Assembly: GCA_964592105.1 (NCBI GenBank)
Contig: CAZQBL010000016.1
Location: forward strand, 2,560-66,559
From: an uncultured Gammaproteobacteria bacterium
Lineage (GTDB): Bacteria; Patescibacteriota; Patescibacteriia; UBA10025; JAHIVO01
Length of the DNA stretch: 64,000 nt
Direction of reading: 5' to 3'
The stretch's first letter is position 1. The number at the start of each line of letters is the position of its first letter. Shown here in pieces: positions 10,052 to 19,139 of this stretch. The translations under genes were made by a program, and so were the position numbers. The notes beneath the pieces were generated by a model. That model searched no databases, was not told where the DNA came from, and saw only the letters and a list, made by a program, of their open reading frames with translations.

Positions 10052-10083
10052 AGAGAATAATATGATATAATGGCATTATCAAA

Positions 10084-10974
10084 ATGTTCAATTTTTTTGG
10101 GGAAAATAAAAACAAAACAGCCGAAAAAAATTCAATCAATCAGCCAAATTTTCCACAAAACCAGCTGACGAAGAACAACGAGAATAGTTTAAAAAAAGGG
10201 GCTTTGGTTTTTTTGTTGATTATAGGCATAGGTTCGCTGATTTTCGGTATTTTTGAAATGCAGCGCCGGATTAAATTGGTTGAAGTTGAAATCAACACCA
10301 ATACCGCTGAACTTTCTCTTTTAAATAACGAAAATACCACGAATACTCGGTCATCGGCGGTACTTGAAGATCTTCGCGGAAAAGATACGGATAAGGACGG
10401 ACTTTCTGATTACGATGAACTTTATCAGTATCGCACCAGCCCATATATCACAGATTCGGACAGCGATGGCCTCGGGGATTACCTAGAAGTGTCCCAAGGA
10501 TCAGATCCAAATTGCCCTCAGGGTCAGGACTGCGGACGCTCAGTGAATTCCAATACCAACGCGCAAGCCAACACCAATGTATTCTTTGGGGATATCCAGC
10601 CAAATGTTGATTTGAATAATTTGACGGCCGATGAGATTCGCAATCTCCTGCGTAACAACGGCGCCTCTGAAGCGGATTTGAGTCAAATAGATGATGCCTC
10701 ACTGATGCAAACTTATCATGAGGTGCTGGCCGAGCATGGCGGTACGGCTTCAACGAACACCAATAGCACGGCCCTCAATATAAATTCTCTTTCAAATGGC
10801 GATCAGCAAACAGTGACTTACGAGCAGTTGAAGAACCTAACGCCCACGGAGATCAGACAATTGCTAATTGAAACGGGTGTGGCCGAGGAAACTCTTAGCT
10901 CGGTTGACGACACTACCTTGCGGTCTATTTATCTGGATGCTTTAGAGCAGCAGCTGCAGAACTCAACCCAATAA
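10084..10974 (+). CDS. membrane-anchored protein with thrombospondin-type-3-like Asp-rich calcium-binding repeats
   Basis: An N-terminal TM (ALVFLLIIGIGSLIFGIF). Two D.D.DG..D motifs: DTDKDGLSDYDE and DSDSDGLGDYLE. A C-terminal internal duplication of about 40 aa: NLTADEIRNLLRNNGASEADLSQIDDASLMQTY and NLTPTEIRQLLIETGVAEETLSSVDDTTLRSIY. Confidence 0.5.
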   Translation: MFNFFGENKNKTAEKNSINQPNFPQNQLTKNNENSLKKGALVFLLIIGIGSLIFGIFEMQRRIKLVEVEINTNTAELSLLNNENTTNTRSSAVLEDLRGKDTDKDGLSDYDELYQYRTSPYITDSDSDGLGDYLEVSQGSDPNCPQGQDCGRSVNSNTNAQANTNVFFGDIQPNVDLNNLTADEIRNLLRNNGASEADLSQIDDASLMQTYHEVLAEHGGTASTNTNSTALNINSLSNGDQQTVTYEQLKNLTPTEIRQLLIETGVAEETLSSVDDTTLRSIYLDALEQQLQNSTQ

Positions 10975-10986
10975 AATAAGTCAACA

Positions 10987-13900
10987 ATGTTTTCAAGGAA
11001 AAAAAAAGTTAAAAAAACCAGCTCGCGGATGACTTTGTTTTTGCTGGTTTTTTGCGGCTGGCTTATCACGGCTCCGCTGCTTTTTTATACCCATGATGCT
11101 TATGCTCAGTGGGCCACGACCGAGGTCGGTCCGCAATTGCATCTCTCTATTTGGCAGAAAATCTGGAACAGTTTACAAAAGTCCTTGAAAACCGCGGGCG
11201 ATGTGGCTTTCAAAAACATGCTGAAAAGGTATTTGGATAATCTGGCTTATAATATGGCTACCAAAATCGCCACTGGCCAGCCAGGGCAAAAACCGACCTA
11301 TCCCACCAAGCCTCTTAATTTTTTGAAAGACGCCGGTGACGCGGCGGCCGGTGATTTACTGAACATGTTGGTCAACGAAACCCTCCCCGGCAAGTGCGAG
11401 GGACATTCTTATCAAACCTGTTTAAAGGATTCGGATTGTCCGCCGGTAGTACTGGCTTGCCATCCGACTCATGCTGAGGTGGTTATGGGGCGGACTCTTA
11501 ATCCAGCAAAGAACCCCGAAACGAAAGAGGGATATAATTGGTTGTTGACACATAGGGTATGCACGATAGTCAAATGCACCGAGAGTAGTTGTGATCTTCC
11601 GCCCGAGGGTTATAACGTTTGGAGTACCGTCGGTATCTGTAATCCCGCCGGTATAAATTTGTGTACTACTGATGTGGCTTTGAAATTAAAATTGACCGGG
11701 TACGCCCGGCAGTATCTTGAAGGTACCAGTGGAAAAGTAACCAGCGTTTGTCCTTTATCGGATATAATCAAGAATTACAACGCCACTACCCATCAAAAAT
11801 TGGTAGATTTGCAAAAATATTTCAATCCCCAGGCCAATCAACTGGGCATGTTCGGTGAAATAATCAGCGAAGGACAGCTGTTTAAGGCCCAAGCCGTTGA
11901 CGCAAAAAAGTTTGCCCAGTCATTGGCCGGAGAATTTTTTCCGCAAACGACAAAAATTTCCGGTGTGGTGAAAACACCCGCGTCTCTGGTAAAAAGCGCG
12001 GCTGAAGATATTCTACCAGCTTCGCTTGATCCATACGTGACTTATACCGGCTCTGCCATTGCCGACGCGGTTGGCGTTTTTACCAATACCTTGGCTTCCA
12101 AGCTCATGGAGAAATATATTTTTGGCAAGGGCTTTAATCCCGGCGCGGTTAGCCCGTCTTCCGGCAGCTCCAGAGGGTTGGCCGGTTCTATACCCGGCAT
12201 AGCTGCCGCTAAGTTGCTTTTTTCATCAATAAGCGAAACCAACTATTCAGTCGGCGGCGAAGTGGATCTATTGGGCCAGCTGGCCAGCTGTCCGGACAAG
12301 AACGATCCCTTGCCGACTAACTGCGTTATTGATAATAATTTCAGGACAGCGATAGAGCAACAGCTGACTGTTAAGGAAGCCTTGGATCAGGGCCTGCTGG
12401 GTGGTAATAAAGTATTTGGTTACGATGCCAATGGACGAGAGCCGGATTACTTGAGTGGTTATCCTTATCGGAGTTTGCTGATTTTACGCAAATACCGAAT
12501 CATCCCGGTGGGTTGGGAACTGGCCGCCGAATATATTAAGAATTTTTCCGGAGGTAATTACAGTCTGAATACTTTAATACAAGAATACCATAATACCAGT
12601 TCTCCGTTTTATCATTTGATAGATCCTAACTGGGTGTTGAAAAGTCCGGCGGTTTTTTGTAAAAAACAGGGTGCCAGCGCAAAAATCGCGGCCACTTCCC
12701 AGGTGGTTACGGGGGATACCAATCACGACGGTAGCGTTGACAAGAAAGATATTGCCGTGACTACGGTTCAGCGCGAGGATTATTGCGCTGACGAGCAAAC
12801 CTGCGTAGCCGAAGCCGATGATGGAACTTGTTTGCGCTATGGTTATTGCATTGAGGAAAAACCGATCTGGAAATTCGAAGGCGAATCTTGCCTGGCGCAA
12901 TATAACACTTGCCAAACTTTCCAGCGGCGGAATGGGGTCAGTGTTTCTTATTTGAAAAATACCATAGATGTCAATGGTTGTGACTCGAGCAACGTTGGTT
13001 GCCAGAATTATTATACTGAATTCAACTATGATACCAAGCAATGGGACAATAATGGTGATCAGATTAACTTCAATAAAAATGTCGAATCATGTTTGGCTAG
13101 CGGCGAGGGCTGTCATGAGTTTATGTTGGTTAAAGACAGCGGCGTAAACTTGCAGGTCAATTCGGATTTTGAGTCATTCACCGGCACCAAAGACGATGGG
13201 GCCGACGATGATTTTCCTGGTTGGAACACACCGGGCCTTGCTGAAGCCGTTTCGGTTGACGGCATTTCCGGTCAGACTTCGGCTAAACTTCAGGCTGGCG
13301 ATACCTTGGTTTCTGAGCCGGTTGAGACAGGTTCTATTAATAATGACAGATCGTTTACTGTTTCTTTTTATGCTAAAGCCGATAGCGCCAGTTGCGGCGC
13401 CAACCCCGGTACTTTAACAGCGAGTTTAGGCAGGCCCGTTACCGCTTTTGGTAATGTTCTGACGCCAGTCGGCACTATAAATTTAACCGAGACCTGGACG
13501 CGATATTCAGGTACGGTGTACCTGCCCAAAGTTGCGGGCAATTTAGAAACTACTGTTTACGTTGTTTTCGAACGCAACGATTGCGTGGGTTATATTGACA
13601 ATGTTCAGGTGGAGGAAGGCGGACTCACTCCATATAAGACTTACGAAGATTCGCCCAAACTATACATTAAAAAATCCCCTGGTTATCTTGACTGCGCCCA
13701 CAATCTAACCCGACCGGAATGTGCGGCTTTTGCTCTGGCTTGTGTCGCAGACGAAGTTGGCTGTCAGGCCTTTACCTCGGTTTCAACCGGCGAGGTTGTC
13801 AATGGAACAATTTCCAATCCGCTCGGCTGTAATCCGCTGGATCCGTCTTCATGCAATCAGTGCCCGGCTCAATACGCGGGTTGCAAGGCCTACCGAGAAT

Positions 13901-16900
13901 TAGCTATTACGCATGTGCCACAGCGCGCTGAACGCGACCCGGTATCTTTTGTGGCCGCGACCGGTGTTTCCTGTCCGGCCTCGGCCGTGGGCTGCGAAGA
14001 GTATACCAATCTTGATGAAGTGGCCAGAGGCGGCGAAGGCACGGAGTATTATACCTTGATCAGGCAATGCGTTAATGAGGACGCGGCTGGCGTGGCTAAT
14101 TATTATTCATGGGAAGGTTCCGATGAGTTTGGTTATCAGCTGAAAAATTATAGATTAAAAACTACAAACGTTGGTGGCAGTAACGCGCCATGTACTAACA
14201 TGAACCCCGAGGGCGGTGTCGCACCGGCCTGGCCGAATTGCAACGATAGCAGCAACCCAGCTGATTCTAATTACTGGGCAATTTGTGCCGACCCGGCCGT
14301 AGATACCTGCAATTTAGCCACTCATCAGTGCAACATTACTAACGCCGCATGTAATACAAATCAGGATTGTATTGACAATCGTCTGGCGGCTAACCCCGAC
14401 TGCACTGAGTTTTACGATGAAAGCGGTAACATTTATTATCGCCTGAAATCACGCGTGATATATGCTTCCGATCAGTGCATAAATTATCGTAATTCAATAG
14501 ACGGCGCTTCTCTGGTATATCACATGATTCCCGGACAAGGCTTGTCCTGCAGCGCTGCTTACGCTGGTTGCCGTGCCTATAAAGGCAATACCGGTGATAA
14601 CGTGCGGACTATTTATCAAAATAATTTTGAAAACGGCACGGTAAATCCTTGGACCGGCAATGCTTACTACAGCAATGAGTCAGTCCAGCAGGGCGGACAT
14701 TCCATGCTGATTGCCAACGTCGCAAATTACGAAAATGTGGGCACCGAACTCGGCTTTGCGGCAGGTAATTCGTATTCGATTTCTTTCTGGGCCAAAGCCG
14801 GCGGTGTTGATACGAATATTAGCGTAGTTCTCAACACGGCCACGCCATTGACTTTCGCTGGGCAGGCCACGGCCAGAAGCGGAGAGTGGAATCGCTATGA
14901 GTTAGGTCCTTTATTCGTGCCAGAAAATGCGGATTTGACGGCGGCGCGTTTATCTATATTCTCTACCAACGCTTTCTATCTGGATTCAATAGTAATTAAG
15001 CAGGTTAGGGACAATGTTTATTTCATCAAGGATTCATATCAGGAATGCTCGGGTTGGGAAAATTGCGACGAATACGTGGATAGAAATAATTCCACTCACT
15101 ATTTGAAATCTTTTACCAAATTGTGCAGTCCCGATAAGGTCGGTTGTTCGGCTATGATTGACACCCAGAATTCAAGATCGCCGTTTGCGACTGTTTATCC
15201 TTTGAATTCTACGCTGCCGATCAACAATCTTACGGCGCCGGCCGATACAGTCACGACTCTGATTAATGACCCGATCAAATATTGTTCGGCTAATGATAAA
15301 GGTTGCCAACTTTTAGGCAAACCGAATTTGGACAATAATCTTAATATTGTTAATTTTACCGACACTTATGTACGCAATAACCCGGATGATTATGACAATA
15401 TCCTGTGTCTGAATGAGGAAATCGGTTGTGAAGAATATAAAGTTGAGGGTTCAAGCCCCATGTATTTCAAAGATCCAGGAGAAAGAGTTTGTGAATTTAA
15501 GCGCGTGACCGGCCAGGAAGTCAGCGGCTGGTATAAAAGAGGTACAGAGAGCGGGGCGCCGGACTGTCCAACTACCAGTGGGGTTTGTGTTGCCGGTCCC
15601 CGTGCCGGTAACTGGTGTGCTGTGGATTCTGACTGTGGCGTGGGCGGTGCCTGCAGTCCTATTCCTGAAAGACCAATAGAGGACGCCACTGGTCCCTGGG
15701 TAGGCGTGTGCCAGGCTGCGGCTTCGGGGTGCACGGAAATTAGGGATCCGGAAGATCCGCAATTCTGCGACGCGCGAATACCAGGTGATTGTAAATCGTA
15801 TTACTATATTTCCAATACCCTAGATAAGGGTTCGTGCAACGGTATTGTCAGTCGAGATGAGGGTTGCCGCCTCTTCAACGACACTTCATCAACAACACTG
15901 AATTACTCCGCCGATAATTCTCCTGATAAACGGCCGCCGGTTTTATGCAGTGATCCTGCAGGTCAGGCAATGGATTGTAATGCCAATACTATTATTAAGA
16001 TACGCCGTGACCGCGTCTGCGGCACCTGGCTGGAGTGCAGGAGCGCCTGGCCCGTAAAAAATAAACAAGGTAAAATCGAAAACCTTTGTCTGCAGTTATC
16101 CGCTTGCGACCAGTTTGATCCGGATTCGGGGCAGTGTACACACCCCGTACTCCAATCCCATGCTAATGAGACCTATAACTCACCAGTTTATGTTGATGAA
16201 ATTAAAAATTATTCTGGCTTGGTCACGGCGGGTTTGGAATGGGGTAGGCGATGCAAGAATAATCCCAACATTGTGTGTACGAACAACGCCCAGTGCAAAG
16301 TTTGCAGTAATGACGTAACTCGCCCCTGTGCCACCAGTGCCAATTGTCAGAACGGCGGTGTTTGTCCAGATGACGAACAGGCAGTCTGTCCGGCCACGCC
16401 GCAGATCATCCAAGGATATTATCCGTATAGCACCATGAATGAAGTTGGCAAGAGCGGCGCATCAAGTATAGATATGATCAGGAACGGGGATTTTGGTGAC
16501 AGCAATGCTGTGGCTAATAAAATAGTGAGTGATTATATCGCCTGCGGTGATGGGTCTTGTGGGAGTCAAATATTGGCAGAAGCGCCGATTCAAACATCTG
16601 AGTTTGGCGTTTGGAATAATCCTTTGCAGGGTGCCGGTGTGTCCATAGGCGAGGAAACCGCTGACGGATTTATTTCAGAGCAAGGTAGCGCCAATCTTGA
16701 TGAAAATAATGTGCTGATTGTCAGCCATCCTGAAACATACCCTGTGCCGGCTTGGTGGGGTGTTGCGGTTACTATTCCTGAGATTTCCTCAAGCCAGGAA
16801 TTTGCTTTGAGTTATAAAGTTAAAAGATCAGCCTTGCCCGCGGGTTCCGGTAATCGGATAGATGTCTTTTTGGCTTGGGATGCGGCTGAACAGCCTGTTC

Positions 16901-19131
16901 ATGACCGCGGACAAACCTGGATGCCTGTCAGCCAGTCTTATGATGTCGGCACAGAGTGGAAAGAGTTCATCGTAAAGATGAATATCTCCGAGCTGGTGGA
17001 TAACTGGATAGCCGGTGATCCCGGGAATCTTCGGCCGTCTGATAAATCGGCAATTATGTCTGAAATAAACGCAGCCAGTGATTTCAGTTTGAGATTCCAG
17101 TCGCGCACCGGCTCGGCCATTGATTTTTACCTTGATGATGTGTCCATGAAACCGGTCTTGGAAGTGCAGAACCCCCCGTCTCCCGCGACTTTGGTGCGGC
17201 GTACTTGCCGCATGTATCCGGAGTCGAATGCTTCATCCTGCACTTATACTGATGAAAATAATGTCACTCACCGTGGCTGGTACGGTTATTGTTTGGAAGC
17301 CGATCCGCACAACCCCAACTACTGCCTTAATTGGTGGCCGATAGACATATTGAGCGGTGAGACTAATATTTTTAACACTACCCAGGTCGGCTATCAGGGC
17401 CGTTCGCCATTGTATATGTGCGTCCAGGCAGAAGGGAATTATAATCAAGGAGGTTTTAACGGTGACGTGGAATGTCAGTCCAATAATAACTATTGCGGCG
17501 ATGATGTACCCATCGAACTTTGTGGTAAACAGCCCACTGGTTATTATAGAGTTTTTCATAGCCACATTGCCGGGGGAGACGTAAGCGAAGATGAGAGTTG
17601 TGCGGGAGAACATAGCTGTGGTCGTATGGAAGACTTGGCCGATTGTGACGATCAGACAATTTCAGGGATTTGTGGTTGTGACGAGACTCCTGTGGCGCCC
17701 GGCTGGCGCAATATTACCGATCCGGCTGATCAATATTATGAATGGCAGATTGATAAAATATATTGGACAGCGCAAGCGGTTTCGCACAGCGATTGGCGAC
17801 CAACCCGAGCCTATCCAGGACAATATGTACCAGGTGTTGGAGATGTTTACTTCATCACTGATCGCAGTAACAACTGGGGCAATGATCCCGGGAGTGGTCA
17901 CTGGGAATTTGCAGGTAATATTTTGGATATTCGCGTCGAATTTAATGCCCAACATCGACTTTCAAGAGTCTATGCTTATATGTTTGATGGTAGTGATAAT
18001 GAAGGCGGCGCCTGGGTTCAGGGAGTGATACAGTTGCGCGAATATTGCACGCAAATTGCCCAAGTAGTTCAATCCAATGGCGAGAACAAGGCCTGGACAG
18101 GCCGGACCACTCAATTAGCCGGCTATAAAGTTCCTGATTTGCTTTTCGGCTACACCCAGGATTATGTACCGTTTGGCGGTATTGTTCAGCCGGCTTCTTC
18201 CAGCGATCCTGAGAGCTGGTCAGCGGGCAGCGGGCTCGGACCCCTCTATATTCAAAAGACTTCGGCTTCAACCTCGCGGGGTGGAAGTCCATACAGTTGC
18301 GCTAATCCTAACGGGTGTCGTAACCGTACCTGTAGCACTGGTGAGAATGACTGTTCGGACAATAGTGATGTAATAGACTGTTATGATGGCCCCGACGATA
18401 ATATCAATTTGGCGGACGACAATGGGTATTGTATCGGTTTGGGTACCGGATTTTGTAGCGACATGAACACGGTTCTGTGTGATCAGGATTCTGATTGTGG
18501 TTCAAATGGACTATGTACTATTCCTAAATTTCCCAATAGCGGTGGCGCGGCCAATATCACCGATCCGCAGCAGGCTATCATGAGAATCAGGGAGTTATTT
18601 GCCGATGCTTACGATGCCTGGACCTGGAATCCAGCTACTGGTGAGTATGATAATACTCCTAATCTGATCACGTCAAATTGGCGGACAAGCTTTGCCGATA
18701 TGACAGTCTGCCCGGGTAATAATAGGACAGGTGCTTACCCCGCTGATTATTGCGGCGTTACGCCGGTTGCCAACAATTTCTCCGTTGGTTCAGGAAACCA
18801 GACACACATCACCGTGAACAAAGCCCAGTTGATCCAGCTTAACTTTAATATTAATGTTAATCCCGAGCAGCTGCCGATCCAGTCGGTGGAAGTAGCCTGG
18901 GATAATGATATTTTACACAATTCTCTAATCCAGGGCCCGTTCGGCAGCGGTCCGATGATGTTGGCGCATTTCTATGATGTGCCAGGTATTTATACCCCAC
19001 GCGTTCAAATAGTCGATAATTGGGGCTTCTGCAGTGATGATCCTCGGGGAGGAATGACCAGGGGTGATACTTGTACTCGTGATTTAAATCGTTGGCTTTC
19101 CTCGAATATTACTATTATGGTTAAAGATTAG
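10987..19131 (+). CDS. giant (2714 aa) secreted cysteine-rich surface protein with carbohydrate-binding-module-like (CBM4/9-like) jelly-roll domains
   Basis: A signal peptide ends AYA/QW. More than 100 Cys are present with a recurring (V/A/I)GC(Q/E/K/R)(A/E)(Y/F) motif. Three segments resemble the CBM4/9 family: ...FYAKADSASCG...YIDNVQVEEG, ...SFWAKAGGVD...FYLDSIVIKQV and ...DFYLDDVSM. Confidence 0.7.
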   Translation: MFSRKKKVKKTSSRMTLFLLVFCGWLITAPLLFYTHDAYAQWATTEVGPQLHLSIWQKIWNSLQKSLKTAGDVAFKNMLKRYLDNLAYNMATKIATGQPGQKPTYPTKPLNFLKDAGDAAAGDLLNMLVNETLPGKCEGHSYQTCLKDSDCPPVVLACHPTHAEVVMGRTLNPAKNPETKEGYNWLLTHRVCTIVKCTESSCDLPPEGYNVWSTVGICNPAGINLCTTDVALKLKLTGYARQYLEGTSGKVTSVCPLSDIIKNYNATTHQKLVDLQKYFNPQANQLGMFGEIISEGQLFKAQAVDAKKFAQSLAGEFFPQTTKISGVVKTPASLVKSAAEDILPASLDPYVTYTGSAIADAVGVFTNTLASKLMEKYIFGKGFNPGAVSPSSGSSRGLAGSIPGIAAAKLLFSSISETNYSVGGEVDLLGQLASCPDKNDPLPTNCVIDNNFRTAIEQQLTVKEALDQGLLGGNKVFGYDANGREPDYLSGYPYRSLLILRKYRIIPVGWELAAEYIKNFSGGNYSLNTLIQEYHNTSSPFYHLIDPNWVLKSPAVFCKKQGASAKIAATSQVVTGDTNHDGSVDKKDIAVTTVQREDYCADEQTCVAEADDGTCLRYGYCIEEKPIWKFEGESCLAQYNTCQTFQRRNGVSVSYLKNTIDVNGCDSSNVGCQNYYTEFNYDTKQWDNNGDQINFNKNVESCLASGEGCHEFMLVKDSGVNLQVNSDFESFTGTKDDGADDDFPGWNTPGLAEAVSVDGISGQTSAKLQAGDTLVSEPVETGSINNDRSFTVSFYAKADSASCGANPGTLTASLGRPVTAFGNVLTPVGTINLTETWTRYSGTVYLPKVAGNLETTVYVVFERNDCVGYIDNVQVEEGGLTPYKTYEDSPKLYIKKSPGYLDCAHNLTRPECAAFALACVADEVGCQAFTSVSTGEVVNGTISNPLGCNPLDPSSCNQCPAQYAGCKAYRELAITHVPQRAERDPVSFVAATGVSCPASAVGCEEYTNLDEVARGGEGTEYYTLIRQCVNEDAAGVANYYSWEGSDEFGYQLKNYRLKTTNVGGSNAPCTNMNPEGGVAPAWPNCNDSSNPADSNYWAICADPAVDTCNLATHQCNITNAACNTNQDCIDNRLAANPDCTEFYDESGNIYYRLKSRVIYASDQCINYRNSIDGASLVYHMIPGQGLSCSAAYAGCRAYKGNTGDNVRTIYQNNFENGTVNPWTGNAYYSNESVQQGGHSMLIANVANYENVGTELGFAAGNSYSISFWAKAGGVDTNISVVLNTATPLTFAGQATARSGEWNRYELGPLFVPENADLTAARLSIFSTNAFYLDSIVIKQVRDNVYFIKDSYQECSGWENCDEYVDRNNSTHYLKSFTKLCSPDKVGCSAMIDTQNSRSPFATVYPLNSTLPINNLTAPADTVTTLINDPIKYCSANDKGCQLLGKPNLDNNLNIVNFTDTYVRNNPDDYDNILCLNEEIGCEEYKVEGSSPMYFKDPGERVCEFKRVTGQEVSGWYKRGTESGAPDCPTTSGVCVAGPRAGNWCAVDSDCGVGGACSPIPERPIEDATGPWVGVCQAAASGCTEIRDPEDPQFCDARIPGDCKSYYYISNTLDKGSCNGIVSRDEGCRLFNDTSSTTLNYSADNSPDKRPPVLCSDPAGQAMDCNANTIIKIRRDRVCGTWLECRSAWPVKNKQGKIENLCLQLSACDQFDPDSGQCTHPVLQSHANETYNSPVYVDEIKNYSGLVTAGLEWGRRCKNNPNIVCTNNAQCKVCSNDVTRPCATSANCQNGGVCPDDEQAVCPATPQIIQGYYPYSTMNEVGKSGASSIDMIRNGDFGDSNAVANKIVSDYIACGDGSCGSQILAEAPIQTSEFGVWNNPLQGAGVSIGEETADGFISEQGSANLDENNVLIVSHPETYPVPAWWGVAVTIPEISSSQEFALSYKVKRSALPAGSGNRIDVFLAWDAAEQPVHDRGQTWMPVSQSYDVGTEWKEFIVKMNISELVDNWIAGDPGNLRPSDKSAIMSEINAASDFSLRFQSRTGSAIDFYLDDVSMKPVLEVQNPPSPATLVRRTCRMYPESNASSCTYTDENNVTHRGWYGYCLEADPHNPNYCLNWWPIDILSGETNIFNTTQVGYQGRSPLYMCVQAEGNYNQGGFNGDVECQSNNNYCGDDVPIELCGKQPTGYYRVFHSHIAGGDVSEDESCAGEHSCGRMEDLADCDDQTISGICGCDETPVAPGWRNITDPADQYYEWQIDKIYWTAQAVSHSDWRPTRAYPGQYVPGVGDVYFITDRSNNWGNDPGSGHWEFAGNILDIRVEFNAQHRLSRVYAYMFDGSDNEGGAWVQGVIQLREYCTQIAQVVQSNGENKAWTGRTTQLAGYKVPDLLFGYTQDYVPFGGIVQPASSSDPESWSAGSGLGPLYIQKTSASTSRGGSPYSCANPNGCRNRTCSTGENDCSDNSDVIDCYDGPDDNINLADDNGYCIGLGTGFCSDMNTVLCDQDSDCGSNGLCTIPKFPNSGGAANITDPQQAIMRIRELFADAYDAWTWNPATGEYDNTPNLITSNWRTSFADMTVCPGNNRTGAYPADYCGVTPVANNFSVGSGNQTHITVNKAQLIQLNFNINVNPEQLPIQSVEVAWDNDILHNSLIQGPFGSGPMMLAHFYDVPGIYTPRVQIVDNWGFCSDDPRGGMTRGDTCTRDLNRWLSSNITIMVKD

Positions 19132-19139
19132 CCAAAACA

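Noticed and set aside
10987-19131. Looked for a diversity-generating retroelement (template and variable repeats plus a reverse transcriptase) associated with the giant surface proteins.
   Set aside because: No ORF with RT motifs (YxDD) is present in the window. I could not identify a pair of ~100-bp near-identical repeats differing at adenines. The repeats seen are protein-level only.
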